The position numbers were made by a program, and so were the translations under genes. From the NCBI GenBank assembly GCA_001275005.1, contig JWZX01003246.1, positions 1-35,637 on the forward strand: DNA of 35,637 nt, written 5' to 3'. This stretch comes from Chrysochromulina tobinii. Lineage: Eukaryota. Below the pieces are notes generated by a model. That model was not told the DNA's origin and did no database searches. It saw nothing but the letters and a program-made list of their open reading frames with translations. Shown piece by piece: positions 1 to 10,601 of this stretch (position 1 is the stretch's first letter; each line of letters starts with the position of its first letter).

Positions 1-1850
1 TCCACCGTCACCACCACCGCTACCCGCCATCCCCGCCTCCGCCTTCACCACCACCGCCCTCACCGCCACCTCCGTCGCCGCCACCCCCGTCGCCGCCGCC
101 CTTCCCGCCCCCCACGCCGCCGCCTCCTTCGCCCAGACCCCCCCCCGCACCACCGGAGGCTCCGCCGGGCGGCACGCTCATGCGCCAGATCTCCTTCCGC
201 ACAACCCTCGCCCTCTCCATCTACGAGTTTCGCGAGCAGCAGCAGTACCTCTATAGGCGACGGCTCGCTGTCAACCTACGCGAGGTGTATCCGTTCATCA
301 GCGAGGATGCCATCTCGCTGCGCATCGCGCCGGCGTCAGTGCACGTCGAGGCTATCGTTCACACGGTGGCCAGCCACGTGAATGCGCTCGCGATGCAAGA
401 GCATCTTGGCAGTTTCACACCCGGCACTCTCTCGAGTGCGCTGCAATTCCCCGTTGTCGCCGTCGAGGCGCCGACGCTCACGGCTTCCTTCCTCTACCCC
501 CCCGCCCTCCCACCGATGAGCCCCAGGCCGCGGCCAGATGCCTTCTGGTTGGATGCGTCCGCTGGGACCGTTCTCGCGTTTCTTCTCGCCCTCCAGCCTG
601 TCCTCATCTGCGCCTACGTTGGGTGCGTCAGGCTTCGGCGCAAGCGCCGGCAGGCAAGCCACCATGCCTCACGCAAGACCGCCTCAGCCGCCGAGGCTGC
701 CGCCCACTGCTGCATTGACTGCTGCTGCGCACGCGGCCTCTTGTGGGCGAACCCATCCGAGCACCAGCGCATCGACGCAAGCGCCTTCCGCACGGACCTC
801 GACGTGGCGCGCCTTGACGAACGGCTCAGGTCGCTTGCAGGGCCTGCGCCGCACTCGTCGATGCCGCGAGCACACTCGGCACCACCACCACCACCACCCC
901 TGCCACCTCCGCCGCCGCCGCCGCCTCCGCCGCCAGCGCACCCGGCAGCACGGCCACCAGCACAGCCGCCACCACCGCCACCAGCGCTAGCGCCGCCGCC
1001 ACCGCCGCCACCAGCCTTAGCGCCGCCGCCGCCCCCGCCCCCGCCCCCGCCCCTCAAACCGACGAGCAGCAGCCCACCACACCTCCAGTGGAAGATGGAC
1101 GCTGGCACCTTGAGCTCGCTGGCGGGACCCAGTAGCGCCGTCAAGCTCGTCGAGGTGCCATACGCCAGGAGACCGTCGAAGGAGAGCCCGATGCCTCCAC
1201 GTAGTCCCAGAGAGATGTTGCCATTGCACAGGGCTGCGTCCAGTTCCGCGGGCAGTGGCGCCACCGCTCGAGGCAACGCTCACGAGCAGCGGCGCCGCCG
1301 AGGGCGAACTTCACGTCCGCCGCCACCGCCCAGGAGCGAACGCCACCGCCGTGCTGCGGCTCTGACAGCAGCGACTCACGCGCAAACGCACCCTGAACCG
1401 ATTAGGGGTAGTGGCGTGGCTAGTAGAGTGGCGTGGCCCTCTGCACAGATGAGTTCACAGATGAGTTCACAGATGGCCATCCCCACCGAGGAGGACCTCG
1501 AGGCAGCGCGTTATCTCGATGCGGTGCTGCAGCACATCTTTGGGGACATGGCATACGACTCGATAAACGAAATTGCGGACGCGGCAGCTGAAAGGTCTTC
1601 CTCGCCCGAGCTACCACTCTTCGGCTATGGATCTCCGCCGGCCGAGGCGGCCGTTCAATCACCGCTGCGGCAGACTTATCTGCCGACGTCTGTGCCGACG
1701 TCTATGGAGGCGCCCACCCTCGACGGCTACTCGTCGGCAACATTATCGCACCGCCTGGGGCCCCATGGATTGCCCGTTGCACCGCCGCGTCGGCTCAAGC
1801 CCACACCGGCAGAGGCAGTGCGCGGTCGCTCGACGCGCCAGTTCGTTTGA
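1..1850 (+). CDS. 5'-partial proline-rich single-pass membrane protein (SPPPP repeats, small globular juxtamembrane domain, TM helix, cytosolic polyproline tail)
   Basis: The frame of ORF 180..1850 is open back to the window start and encodes (S)PPPP repeats from ~24. A hydrophobic helix AGTVLAFLLALQPVLICAYVGCV is followed by RLRRKRR, a Cys cluster (HCCIDCCC) and long polyPro tracts. Stop TGA at 1848-1850. Confidence 0.7.
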   Translation, partial: HRHHHRYPPSPPPPSPPPPSPPPPSPPPPSPPPFPPPTPPPPSPRPPPAPPEAPPGGTLMRQISFRTTLALSIYEFREQQQYLYRRRLAVNLREVYPFISEDAISLRIAPASVHVEAIVHTVASHVNALAMQEHLGSFTPGTLSSALQFPVVAVEAPTLTASFLYPPALPPMSPRPRPDAFWLDASAGTVLAFLLALQPVLICAYVGCVRLRRKRRQASHHASRKTASAAEAAAHCCIDCCCARGLLWANPSEHQRIDASAFRTDLDVARLDERLRSLAGPAPHSSMPRAHSAPPPPPPLPPPPPPPPPPPAHPAARPPAQPPPPPPALAPPPPPPPALAPPPPPPPPPPLKPTSSSPPHLQWKMDAGTLSSLAGPSSAVKLVEVPYARRPSKESPMPPRSPREMLPLHRAASSSAGSGATARGNAHEQRRRRGRTSRPPPPPRSERHRRAAALTAATHAQTHPEPIRGSGVASRVAWPSAQMSSQMSSQMAIPTEEDLEAARYLDAVLQHIFGDMAYDSINEIADAAAERSSSPELPLFGYGSPPAEAAVQSPLRQTYLPTSVPTSMEAPTLDGYSSATLSHRLGPHGLPVAPPRRLKPTPAEAVRGRSTRQFV

Positions 1851-1976
1851 AAGCGCGCGCGGGCCTGTCTAGGTAGTAGTGCAACAGTTTATAATTTAGT
1901 GTACGATCAGACCTGAATTGACGAAACCCGTGCTGATCTGGAACTTCTCGACGTCTCGTCATACGAGTGTGAAAAA

Positions 1977-2639
1977 ATGCTGCGCTTCGAGCACGTGACG
2001 CTCATGAGCGCGGTGGATACCGCGTTGCCACACGCCGTCACTCCGGAGGATCTGGCTGCACTTCAACAGTGCAAGAGCATGGGCAGCGTGACCCTCACGG
2101 ATGTGCAACTAGTCTCGCGGCTTCTGCGTGCTCATCCAGCAGAGAGCATATGCGGATGCTGGGTACACGAGCTGCTGCGTGGCGCAACGCCACTGCTTCC
2201 CGAGCGGGCTGCCAAGCCGCCTCCGCATCCCGACCTAGGCCCTCGGCTCGAGCGGCTACGCGCCGTACAGGCGGACCGAGACTATGCCCGCATGATTCGT
2301 GGCTCGAAAGCAGACCCAGATTCCATCGGCCGCGACGCAGCCGAGATGAACACGTATCGCAGCCAGCTGGCGGTAGGTGCCAACCTAATCGTCTCGATGG
2401 GCACCAGCTTTATTGTGGGTGCGTGGTGCGGCGGCACGGAAAAGGAGCCCTACGGTGTGCGGGCCGTCCTGAGTGGCACCGCGCTCATGATCATCACGCT
2501 TGGCATCGAGATCACGCTCTTCCTCATCGGTGCGATCCGCGTGGATAAAGTCGTGGATGAGCGCGAGAGGAAGAGCAAGCGAGGGGTCATGGACAGAACG
2601 AAGCTCAAGACTTATGTGCCAGTCACCAAGAAGACATAA
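1977..2639 (+). CDS. TMEM199: Vma12/TMEM199-family ER V-ATPase assembly factor
   Basis: The pattern 'ELLRGATPLLP..PPPHPDLGPRLERLRAVQADRDYARMI' followed by 'SQLAVGANLIVSM' and two C-terminal TM helices is typical of Vma12/VPH2/TMEM199. Confidence 0.8.
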   Translation: MLRFEHVTLMSAVDTALPHAVTPEDLAALQQCKSMGSVTLTDVQLVSRLLRAHPAESICGCWVHELLRGATPLLPERAAKPPPHPDLGPRLERLRAVQADRDYARMIRGSKADPDSIGRDAAEMNTYRSQLAVGANLIVSMGTSFIVGAWCGGTEKEPYGVRAVLSGTALMIITLGIEITLFLIGAIRVDKVVDERERKSKRGVMDRTKLKTYVPVTKKT

Positions 2640-3433
2640 GTCCACGGGCCACGGCCAGTGGCATGCCCATAACAAGCAGGTTTCCATGCCCGGGTCCCGT
2701 CGTGTCACCAGGTGGCACGTTCCATGTTCCATGTTGCATGCCGCCTTACTCTCACGCCGACATCCCCTTCAAATTCCCCCACCGCAATTCAGGGGGTCCT
2801 GCCAATGTGTAGGTAGCTTGGTAAGTTACAAAGTTCTCTCTGTCTATAACAGGGCTCCTAAGATCATTCCTATCGCCATCCACGAGTCGGGCCAGTCGAA
2901 TCGCCGAATGAGGCACACTACAAGTAGACTGCAGCATGGCTGGCACCGATGGTATCCTGTGCACCTGCAGTTCTAAATTCGTTTTCAGAAAAAGTACGCG
3001 ATCGCGTTGTATCGACCAACGGCAGCGTCGGCCCAATCGCAGGCTTCGGCAAGCAAAAGGTGCACAGCGTTGTGCCCCAACCACCGCCGCCCAGCCCCAA
3101 GCCCCGGCCCAGCAGCCTGGCCAGTGTGGCAGTATGGCCTCTGCATGCTCGTGACACAACACCACAAGGCAAGCGTGCAACCATTTCCAGCTGGCGGCAC
3201 TGGTAGCAGCGGCGGCGCACTCGCGACCGATTTGGAGCTGCCGCGGCGTGCTCCCAGCGACGCTGGCCGACCATTTGATTAGAGCACGTGCCGCATCAGC
3301 GCCGCTCTTCCTGAGCTGCTGCTCATGCCCATGCTCATGCTCATGCTGCGATCGCTGTATTTCATCACGTGGCAACTCATGCTCACCGCTCCGTCGCTCG
3401 CGTCTCTTCTGTGCCGCAGCAGCTGCAGCCGCC

Positions 3434-5056
3434 ATGTCGCTCGCATTCGACGAGTACGGGCGCCCCTTCATCATCGTCAAGGAGGGTGAGAAAAAGGGCC
3501 GCCTGCAGGGCCTCGCCGCGCAGAAGGCCAACATCCTGGCGGCCAAGGCTGTGTGCAACATCCTGCGCACGTCTCTCGGCCCCAAGGGCATGGACAAAAT
3601 GCTCCAGTCGCCTGACGGTGATGTGACGATCACGAACGACGGCGCGACCATCCTCGAGCAGATGCGCGTCGAGAACCAGATCGGCAAGCTCCTCGTCGAG
3701 CTCTCCAAGTCGCAGGATGATGAGATCGGCGACGGCACCACCGGCGTGGTGGTGCTCGCTGGCGCTCTCCTCGACAAGGCCGAGGCACTCCTAGATCGCG
3801 GCATCCACCCGATGCGCATTGCGGAGGGCTACGACCGTGCCTGCGCCATCGCCGTCGAGCACCTCGCTTCGATCTCGGACGAGTTCGACAACCGCACCAC
3901 CGACGGCGCGCTCAATCGGGAGCGCCTCATTGAGGTGGCGATGACGACTCTCGGCTCCAAAATCATCAACCGCGCGCATCGGCAGATGGCCGAGATCTGC
4001 GTGGATGCGGTGCTCGCGGTGGCGGACCACGAGCGCGGTGACGTGAACCTCGACCTGATCAAGATGGACTCGAAGGTGGGTGGCAAGCTTGAGGACACGC
4101 GCCTCGTTCGGGGCATCGTCGTCGACAAGGACATGTCACACCCTCAGATGCCCAAGGAGCTCAAGGACGTCAAGTTGTGCGTGCTCACGTGCCCCTTTGA
4201 GCCGCCGAAGCCGAAGACGAAGCACAAGCTCGAGCTCGAGACGGTGCAGGCGTACGAGGATATGCAGGCTGCCGAGAAGCAGTACTTTCTCGATATGATC
4301 GCCAAGGTGAAGGCGTCGGGCGCCACGCTCGTCATCTGCCAATGGGGGTTCGACGACGAGGCCAACCACCTGCTCATGCAGAACGACCTTCCGGCGGTGC
4401 GCTGGGTGGGCGGCGTCGAGCTCGAGCTGATCGCGATCGCATGCAACGCGCGCATTGTGCCGCGCTTCGTCGAGCTGACACCCGAGAAGCTCGGCACCTG
4501 CGGCCGCGTGCACGAGGAGTCGTTTGGCACCACCAAGGACCGGATGATCATCATCGAGGACTGCCCGAACTCGAAGGCCGTGACGGTCTTCGTGCGCGGC
4601 GGCAACCGCATGATCATCGACGAGGCCATCCGCTCGCTGCACGACGCCATCTGCGTCGTGCGCAACCTGGTGCGCACCAACAAGATTGTCTACGGCGGCG
4701 GCGCGGCCGAGCTCGCTTGCTCCCTCAAGGTGTTCGAAGAGAGCGACAAGGTGGGCACTATCGAGCAGTACGCGATGCGCGCCTTCTCTGAGGCGCTCGA
4801 GATGACGCCGTGCGCACTCGCCGAGAACTCGGGCCTCAACCCCATCGCCGAGGTCGCGGGCGTCAAGGCGATGCAGGTGAAGGAGGGCAAGCCCTACCTC
4901 GGCATCGACTGCATGAGCAAGGGCACGCGGGATATGAAGGAGCAGAAGGTCTTCGAGACCCTCATCGGCAAACAGCAGCAGATGCTGCTGGCGACGCAGG
5001 TTGTGCGCATGATCCTCAAGATCGATGACGTCATCGCCCCCGGCGAGGTCAATTGA
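3434..5056 (+). CDS. CCT5: T-complex protein 1 subunit epsilon (CCT5 chaperonin), 540 aa
   Basis: Starts [14 protein letters not shown] (ATG 3434, GCC context). Contains [53 protein letters not shown] and ILKIDD. Strongly C/G-ending codons. Confidence 0.97.
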   Translation: MSLAFDEYGRPFIIVKEGEKKGRLQGLAAQKANILAAKAVCNILRTSLGPKGMDKMLQSPDGDVTITNDGATILEQMRVENQIGKLLVELSKSQDDEIGDGTTGVVVLAGALLDKAEALLDRGIHPMRIAEGYDRACAIAVEHLASISDEFDNRTTDGALNRERLIEVAMTTLGSKIINRAHRQMAEICVDAVLAVADHERGDVNLDLIKMDSKVGGKLEDTRLVRGIVVDKDMSHPQMPKELKDVKLCVLTCPFEPPKPKTKHKLELETVQAYEDMQAAEKQYFLDMIAKVKASGATLVICQWGFDDEANHLLMQNDLPAVRWVGGVELELIAIACNARIVPRFVELTPEKLGTCGRVHEESFGTTKDRMIIIEDCPNSKAVTVFVRGGNRMIIDEAIRSLHDAICVVRNLVRTNKIVYGGGAAELACSLKVFEESDKVGTIEQYAMRAFSEALEMTPCALAENSGLNPIAEVAGVKAMQVKEGKPYLGIDCMSKGTRDMKEQKVFETLIGKQQQMLLATQVVRMILKIDDVIAPGEVN

Positions 5057-5479
5057 GCAGAGCAGTGCAGGATGCGGCCGCGAGCGCGAGAGCGAGGGAG
5101 AGCAGAGGCGGCGGTGAACACAGAATGTCGCACGGTGCTACGTTGAGTCACCAGAGGTGGGGCGAGATTGAGCGACCTGCGTGTAGCGTGTTGTGCACGA
5201 GGCGCAGCGTTTGCACTGCACTCCAGCCGACGCTGTCGTGTATCAGTACACGGCGCGCGCGCACGCGTTCAAGCGCGCTCGTCGTAACTCGTATGACGTA
5301 TCGCACATCCGATCATTTCGCGATTTTGATAATTTTCGTGGAGACATCGTTGTGGCACGGTCGGCGTTCGCGCATCGCGCTATAAGTTCGCGCGGATTCC
5401 GATTGGCATCATGCTTCGGCCACGTCGGCATTCGGCTTTAAATACGTAGCGTCGTCGGGCCGGAACATTTTCATTTACC

Positions 5480-7801
5480 TCACATGACGATGCAGGCGGC
5501 GTCGGCGTCGGCCTTATCGAGGAGCTTGGGGGTCCGTCCTCGCGAGTTCAGCGCACCCGCGTCCGCGTTCGCCTCGAGGAGCGTCGCCCAGAGCGCCTTG
5601 TGCCCGCGCCGGCCCGCGGCATGCAGTGCCGTATTGCCGTGGGCATCCGTCGCATCGACTTCTGCGCCGGCGCCCAGCAGGAGCAGAGCGCACTTCGTGT
5701 CGCCTTGGTCGGCGCAGTAGTGCAGCGCTCGCGCGCCGTTGGCATCGGCAAGGCTCACATCGGCATGAAGCTTCAACAGGCGCTCCACGCTCGTCGAATC
5801 GGCGCCCATGACGGCGCGCATAAGCGCTGAGCGCGCTTCGGGTCCGTCCGCGAGCAACCCGTCCGCCCCACAGAGCCCGCGGAGTAGCTCATCGGAGGCG
5901 CCATGGCGCAGAGCCTGCATCAGGGCCACGCCGTCGGCGCGCGCGCCCGCGTCGAGCAGCGCCGTGGCGGCGGCCCACTGCCCACGCTTGCAAGCGAGCG
6001 CCAGCGAGCTGTTGCCCTTCGTGGTGCGCGCATTGCTATCGGCGCGCGCGTGCACGAGCGCCATGATGCACGGCACGTCGCCTGATCGGGCCGCGTAATG
6101 CAGCGCAGTTAGGCCTGCGCTGCCGTCGGGAGCATTGACGAGAGACGTCATTACCTCCGGCGAGAGATCTCGCATATCTCGCAGAGCGAGGCCAACTGCG
6201 TGCCCGTCGCCCCTTGATGCAGCATCGCGTAGCTGTGCTGCTGCGCCCTCGCCCTCACCCTCATCCTCGCACTCGTCCGCCTGCGCCTCCGCCAGCGCCT
6301 CCTCCGCCATCTCGTCGTCCACCACCCCCTCCGGCGCCGTCGCGCGAGCCGCGGCGGAGCGTGCGCCAGACGTGAGGACGACCCTGGGGCACCCAGCCCG
6401 CGCCAACGATGAGCCGGTGGCGTCACCGCCCGCACCCGCGGCGCTGCCCGCACCCGCGGCGCCCGCCTGCTGGTGCGCCTTGAGCATCGACGCTAACTGT
6501 GCGTGGCCCAAGGCGCATGCGACCTGAGCGCAGCTGTGCCCCTGAGCGTCCCGCGCCGCCACGCGCGCGCCCGCTGCAAGCAACAGCTTGGCAACCTCAA
6601 GAGCGCCGGCCGCGGCGGCCGCGTGCAGTGGGCTGGCCCCGTTGGCATTGCGTAAGTCGACGGACGCGTTCACTGAGAGCAACCAACGGGTCATCTTCGC
6701 GTCCGCCTTCGTGCTGCTCCAATGCAGCGCCGTCTGCTCCAAGCCGCTCCCCTTGAGATGCACAAGGCTCGGCTCGTCCTCGTGCATGGACTGCATCTCA
6801 ATCAGGTTGCCCAGTCGCGCCATGTCCAGCCAGGTCTTCACCAGCGCGGGTGGCACGGATCTGCTCGCGTCGTCGCTGCTCGCGCTGGCGGTCGACCGCA
6901 TTGCCGGCGGCGGAGGGCGCAGCGACTCGTCGTCATCGTCGATGTCGTGGCTCGCTGCACGTGTGCCAGCCCTGGCGACGGCAGGCGGGCGTGTCGTTAC
7001 AGACGACGTGCGGGGCGCGGATGGCCGGGTGGGCAGCTGTACTCGTTCACGAGCATGTGGCACCAGCTCTGCCTGCGAGCACGTGCTGCCTGCGACGCCA
7101 GCCGTCACGCGCGCCTTGCCGTTGCGAGCTTGGAGCTGCGCCTGAAGGTCATCCAGGAAGGAATCCTCATCCTCGTCGTTGCTCTCGTCGTCGCTGTGCC
7201 AAAATGTGGGGTCGCCACCGAGCCGTTGAAGCATTTCGAGCGCCTGCATGCCAGTGCCTGCCACAAGCGCACCGCGCGAGCCGATGCCCATCTTCTTCTG
7301 GACACGCTCCATCAGCTGACGTTCCTCGGCATCGTCGCAGCCATCAAGCAGCTCTTGAAGCGACGGCATGCGGATGCGTGGCATGTCGTCAGCGTCCATG
7401 ACGCTGCCGTCTGGCATGTACACAGGCCCGCCGCCGCCCATAGCTGCCGCAAAGAAACTACCAAAGCTCTTTTGCAGGTTCTCCTTACCTTCGGTTGCCA
7501 TCATCTCCTTGAGGTCGGCGTCGCCCTCGAGCATCTGCTCAAAAAAACCGCCCTCAGTGAACACGTCGGCCATCATGCCATCGAGGTCGAGATCGGCCAC
7601 CTCGACTGAGCCTGTCGCATCAAACACCCGACGCTTCTCGGCATCCGATAGAACGGCATAGGCTTCGGCAACAACTCGGAACTCAGCGGCGCTGCCCCCC
7701 TTGTCTGGATGGTGCTTGAGCGCCAGTTTGCGGTAGGCCTTGCTAATAGCCTCCGGGGACGCGTCAGTGGGCACACCGAGGACCTCGTAAGGTTGCGGCA
7801 T
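5480..7801 (-). CDS. J-domain (DnaJ) protein with ankyrin repeats and C-terminal CaaX box
   Basis: N-terminal J domain (YEVLGV...[14 protein letters not shown]...[17 protein letters not shown]). Multiple ankyrin repeats ([43 protein letters not shown]). Ends in CIVM-stop. Confidence 0.88.
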   Translation of the reverse strand: MPQPYEVLGVPTDASPEAISKAYRKLALKHHPDKGGSAAEFRVVAEAYAVLSDAEKRRVFDATGSVEVADLDLDGMMADVFTEGGFFEQMLEGDADLKEMMATEGKENLQKSFGSFFAAAMGGGGPVYMPDGSVMDADDMPRIRMPSLQELLDGCDDAEERQLMERVQKKMGIGSRGALVAGTGMQALEMLQRLGGDPTFWHSDDESNDEDEDSFLDDLQAQLQARNGKARVTAGVAGSTCSQAELVPHARERVQLPTRPSAPRTSSVTTRPPAVARAGTRAASHDIDDDDESLRPPPPAMRSTASASSDDASRSVPPALVKTWLDMARLGNLIEMQSMHEDEPSLVHLKGSGLEQTALHWSSTKADAKMTRWLLSVNASVDLRNANGASPLHAAAAAGALEVAKLLLAAGARVAARDAQGHSCAQVACALGHAQLASMLKAHQQAGAAGAGSAAGAGGDATGSSLARAGCPRVVLTSGARSAAARATAPEGVVDDEMAEEALAEAQADECEDEGEGEGAAAQLRDAASRGDGHAVGLALRDMRDLSPEVMTSLVNAPDGSAGLTALHYAARSGDVPCIMALVHARADSNARTTKGNSSLALACKRGQWAAATALLDAGARADGVALMQALRHGASDELLRGLCGADGLLADGPEARSALMRAVMGADSTSVERLLKLHADVSLADANGARALHYCADQGDTKCALLLLGAGAEVDATDAHGNTALHAAGRRGHKALWATLLEANADAGALNSRGRTPKLLDKADADAACIVM

Positions 7802-7940
7802 TTATCACCTCGCAGTTTTCCGCGCTAACCAGAAATGGAAAAGTGCGGATGACTCTTGATATGTGCGTCATCTCTTTACGTTTGAGTTTTAGGAACCAAT
7901 GGATGAAACCAATTTGCGCCGGTGCCGCGACGGCGATTCC

Positions 7941-9098
7941 ATGCAGGCTTCCCACCTCCGCACCTTCCGGCGAGTCGCGACGCCGGCTTCGCGCCTACTC
8001 GTACTACGCCCGCTAGCCTCTCCGTCACGCTGCACATCTGGCGGGAGCTCCTCGTCATTCACAGACATCAATGAGCAGAGCTGGGTGCATCGAGTCCTGC
8101 CCACCGCGGCCGTGCCCTACGCCGCCCTTGGACGCTGGGACCGGCCGATCGGCACGTGGCTGCTGCTCTGGCCGTGCCTGTGGAGTACATCGCTCGCCGC
8201 ACCGGCTGGTGCCTTACCCGACGTGTCGCTCTTCGCTCTCTTCGGCTTGGGCGCCTTTGCAATGCGCGGCGCCGGCTGCACTGTAAATGACCTTTGGGAC
8301 CGCGACATCGATCGACAAGTGGAGCGCACGCGCACGCGCCCGCTCGCCTCCGGCGCCCTCGGTGTGCCGCAGGCGATCGGGTTTCTCGGCGCACAGTGCA
8401 GCGTCGGCCTGGGCGTCTTGCTCGCGCTACCACCGTACGCTGTCGCATTGAGCTTCCTAAGCGTGCCCCTCGTTGGACTCTACCCTCTCGCGAAGCGGGT
8501 CACCAACTGGCCGCAGGCGGTGCTCGGCCTGACATTCAATTGGGGTGCGCTCGTGGGCTGGGCCGCCGTCCATGGGTCATGCGACTGGTCGGTCGTGCTT
8601 CCGCTCTATGCAGGCGGCTTCTGGTGGACGTTGCTCTATGATACCATCTACGCCCACCAGGACAAGCACGACGACGCCAAGATCGGCATCGGCTCGACCG
8701 CTTTGGGCCTCGGGGACGGTGCGGACGCTCGCCGTTGGCTCGCCGCCTTTGGCGTGGCGTGCACGGCCTCCCTCGGACTCGCTGGCGCAGCTGCCGGGCT
8801 ACATCCAGCCTTCTACGTGGGCATCGCGGGCGGCGCGGCGCACATGGGCTGGCAGGTGGCGACAGTCGACCTCGGCTCTCGCGAGGACTGCCTGCGCAAG
8901 TTCAAGTCGAACAACGCCATGGGTCTGCTCGTGCTTGCGGGCATAGTCGCGGGAAAGCTACTACTCGATCGGGTGGACGAGGAGGGACCTGAGGTGCGCG
9001 TGAAGGATCTCATCACTGACGGCGACGCGGGCCCTGCGCCCGAGAGCAAGGCCAAGAGTCGCGTCATCTGGCTGCTTTGGCCGCCACCGACAGCCTGA
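7941..9098 (+). CDS. COQ2: 4-hydroxybenzoate polyprenyltransferase (UbiA family), probably mitochondrial
   Basis: Contains RWDRPIGTWLL, MRGAGCTVNDLWDRDID, RTRTRPLASG, YPLAKRVTNWPQAVLGLTFNWG and YDTIYAHQDKHDD. An Arg/Ser-rich transit-like N-terminus starts at ATG 7941 (alternative ATG 7899). Confidence 0.95.
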   Translation: MQASHLRTFRRVATPASRLLVLRPLASPSRCTSGGSSSSFTDINEQSWVHRVLPTAAVPYAALGRWDRPIGTWLLLWPCLWSTSLAAPAGALPDVSLFALFGLGAFAMRGAGCTVNDLWDRDIDRQVERTRTRPLASGALGVPQAIGFLGAQCSVGLGVLLALPPYAVALSFLSVPLVGLYPLAKRVTNWPQAVLGLTFNWGALVGWAAVHGSCDWSVVLPLYAGGFWWTLLYDTIYAHQDKHDDAKIGIGSTALGLGDGADARRWLAAFGVACTASLGLAGAAAGLHPAFYVGIAGGAAHMGWQVATVDLGSREDCLRKFKSNNAMGLLVLAGIVAGKLLLDRVDEEGPEVRVKDLITDGDAGPAPESKAKSRVIWLLWPPPTA

Positions 9099-9644
9099 TT
9101 TGAACGTTTCAAATGCACGGGATGACGTCATTTAGGAACCCAAGCCCAGTGACTTTCGTCTATGAAAGTCTATGACGAGGGCCGTCGTGGGTGCTCGGCT
9201 GCTCCGCTGCACTGTCCGGGTAGGACGGGTCCGCCCCGCGGCCCGAGCCGTCGCGCGCCGGCGCGCCGCCCGACCGGGCGGCGCCCACCGCGGACGGCCC
9301 GGCCTGTGTGCGCGGCTTCGGCCATCGGCCCGTATAACCGGCCGCTCGGTGTCGGTCGGTCACGTGGTGCACGCGACCTCTGAGAGGGCGAGTATCTCGA
9401 TTGTATGTTGTCACCAAGAATGCTGAATGTAACCGCCGTGCGTACGAATGATGCGGGCGCTACGGATAAAAGAGCCTGGCGCCCCGCCGGGGGGCACACG
9501 ACGGCATGCACACGCACACGTGACACGACCGCTCGATCGGGATCGCATTTTGAACCGTGGACCAGAACAGCGTAGGGACCCTAAGCCGACGCTCAACGGC
9601 TACATCCGGACATGAACTCCCTGCACCAGCCCCGGCGTTTAGAC

Positions 9645-10208
9645 TCATTCATCCTTCTTGGATTTGGTCGGCGTCGGGGGGGGCGACCCGATGGCCGGCT
9701 GTCGACGCAAGTCAGCCAAGTCTGACTTTGCACGATGACCCACCAGGAGCAACGCCATGAGACCGATCGAAAAGACTACGCTGGCGAGCGGTGACAGTGC
9801 TTGTTCTGCAGAAGAGACGTTGGAGTGCATCGACCAGTGCAGCGACTTTCCTCCATGCGGTATTGGGTGGGCATAGTGCACATCGATGGCAAAATTGGCC
9901 AGTGCGATGCAGACTGCGAGCACGTGTGCGTAACTCTTGGACGACTTCTCGGCCTTAGGGAGCACGAATAGCTGCCATACTGCTGATATGGCGACAGCGC
10001 CGAATACACACAGCGCTAGCCAAATAGGGTACGCTCGCTCGCATGGTGGCATCATGCACCCCATGAGCGTGCCTCCAGGATTGCCGAGGTAAGCAAGGCG
10101 GCTGAATATGATGACTTGAATTGCAGCACACGCGACTTCAGCCACCAGTATGCGCTGCACCTTTGCGCGAAGCACAAGAACCCTCTGCAAGTGGTCGGCC
10201 ACACCCAT
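9645..10208 (-). CDS. Small 4-TM protein with C-terminal KKxx ER-retrieval motif, possibly Jagunal-like
   Basis: ATG 10208 (MGVADHLQRVLVLRAKVQRIL), four hydrophobic segments, ends SKKDE-stop. The family call rests on weak motif resemblance only. Confidence 0.55.
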   Translation of the reverse strand: MGVADHLQRVLVLRAKVQRILVAEVACAAIQVIIFSRLAYLGNPGGTLMGCMMPPCERAYPIWLALCVFGAVAISAVWQLFVLPKAEKSSKSYAHVLAVCIALANFAIDVHYAHPIPHGGKSLHWSMHSNVSSAEQALSPLASVVFSIGLMALLLVGHRAKSDLADLRRQPAIGSPPPTPTKSKKDE

Positions 10209-10601
10209 CTTCAGTGGCTGCAGCAAGATGTGTCCGAGGGTGTGCTGTCGAGACTTTTTGCGCGAAGGCCGTTTCATCAATTAATAATTTTGGGGGTCAA
10301 ACCGTATACATAAACAGTTTGTTGCGAATCAAGAAGTTGAATGTCTCACCAGCAAAGCCACCCACTCAACTATTGCGAATGAAAGTGTCGTGCGCGTCGA
10401 GTTGAACAGTTCGTGCGTTCTCATCTCAACCGCGTGGTGGAGTGGCGACGCAATCGTCAAAGCGGCATCGCCCCACAAGGTTGAGCGCCACCCGCGCGCA
10501 CGTCCGGGGCTTGCGGGTGTGTGTGCCTGGCGGAGAGGGCACTCAATCGGAACGGAACGGGCGGCCCACAATCGATAGCCGCGTTCTCCTCACTCGGGCC
10601 G

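Noticed and set aside
1..26. Pro-repeat reading switches frame at ~22-25 (PPSPPPLP in one frame, PPSPPPP in the next)
   Set aside because: Too little sequence at the window edge; probably a single-base assembly error in a C-run.
3248..3433. Cys-rich N-terminal extension of the CCT5 ORF
   Set aside because: It has a non-ATG start and derives from CTCATG repeats in probable UTR or intron. The conserved CCT5 start is at 3434.
9150..9400. GC-rich hairpins after COQ2 (possible SECIS, Helitron end or ncRNA)
   Set aside because: No SECIS core geometry, no in-frame Sec codon nearby and no terminal CTAG. Such stems are expected at this GC content.
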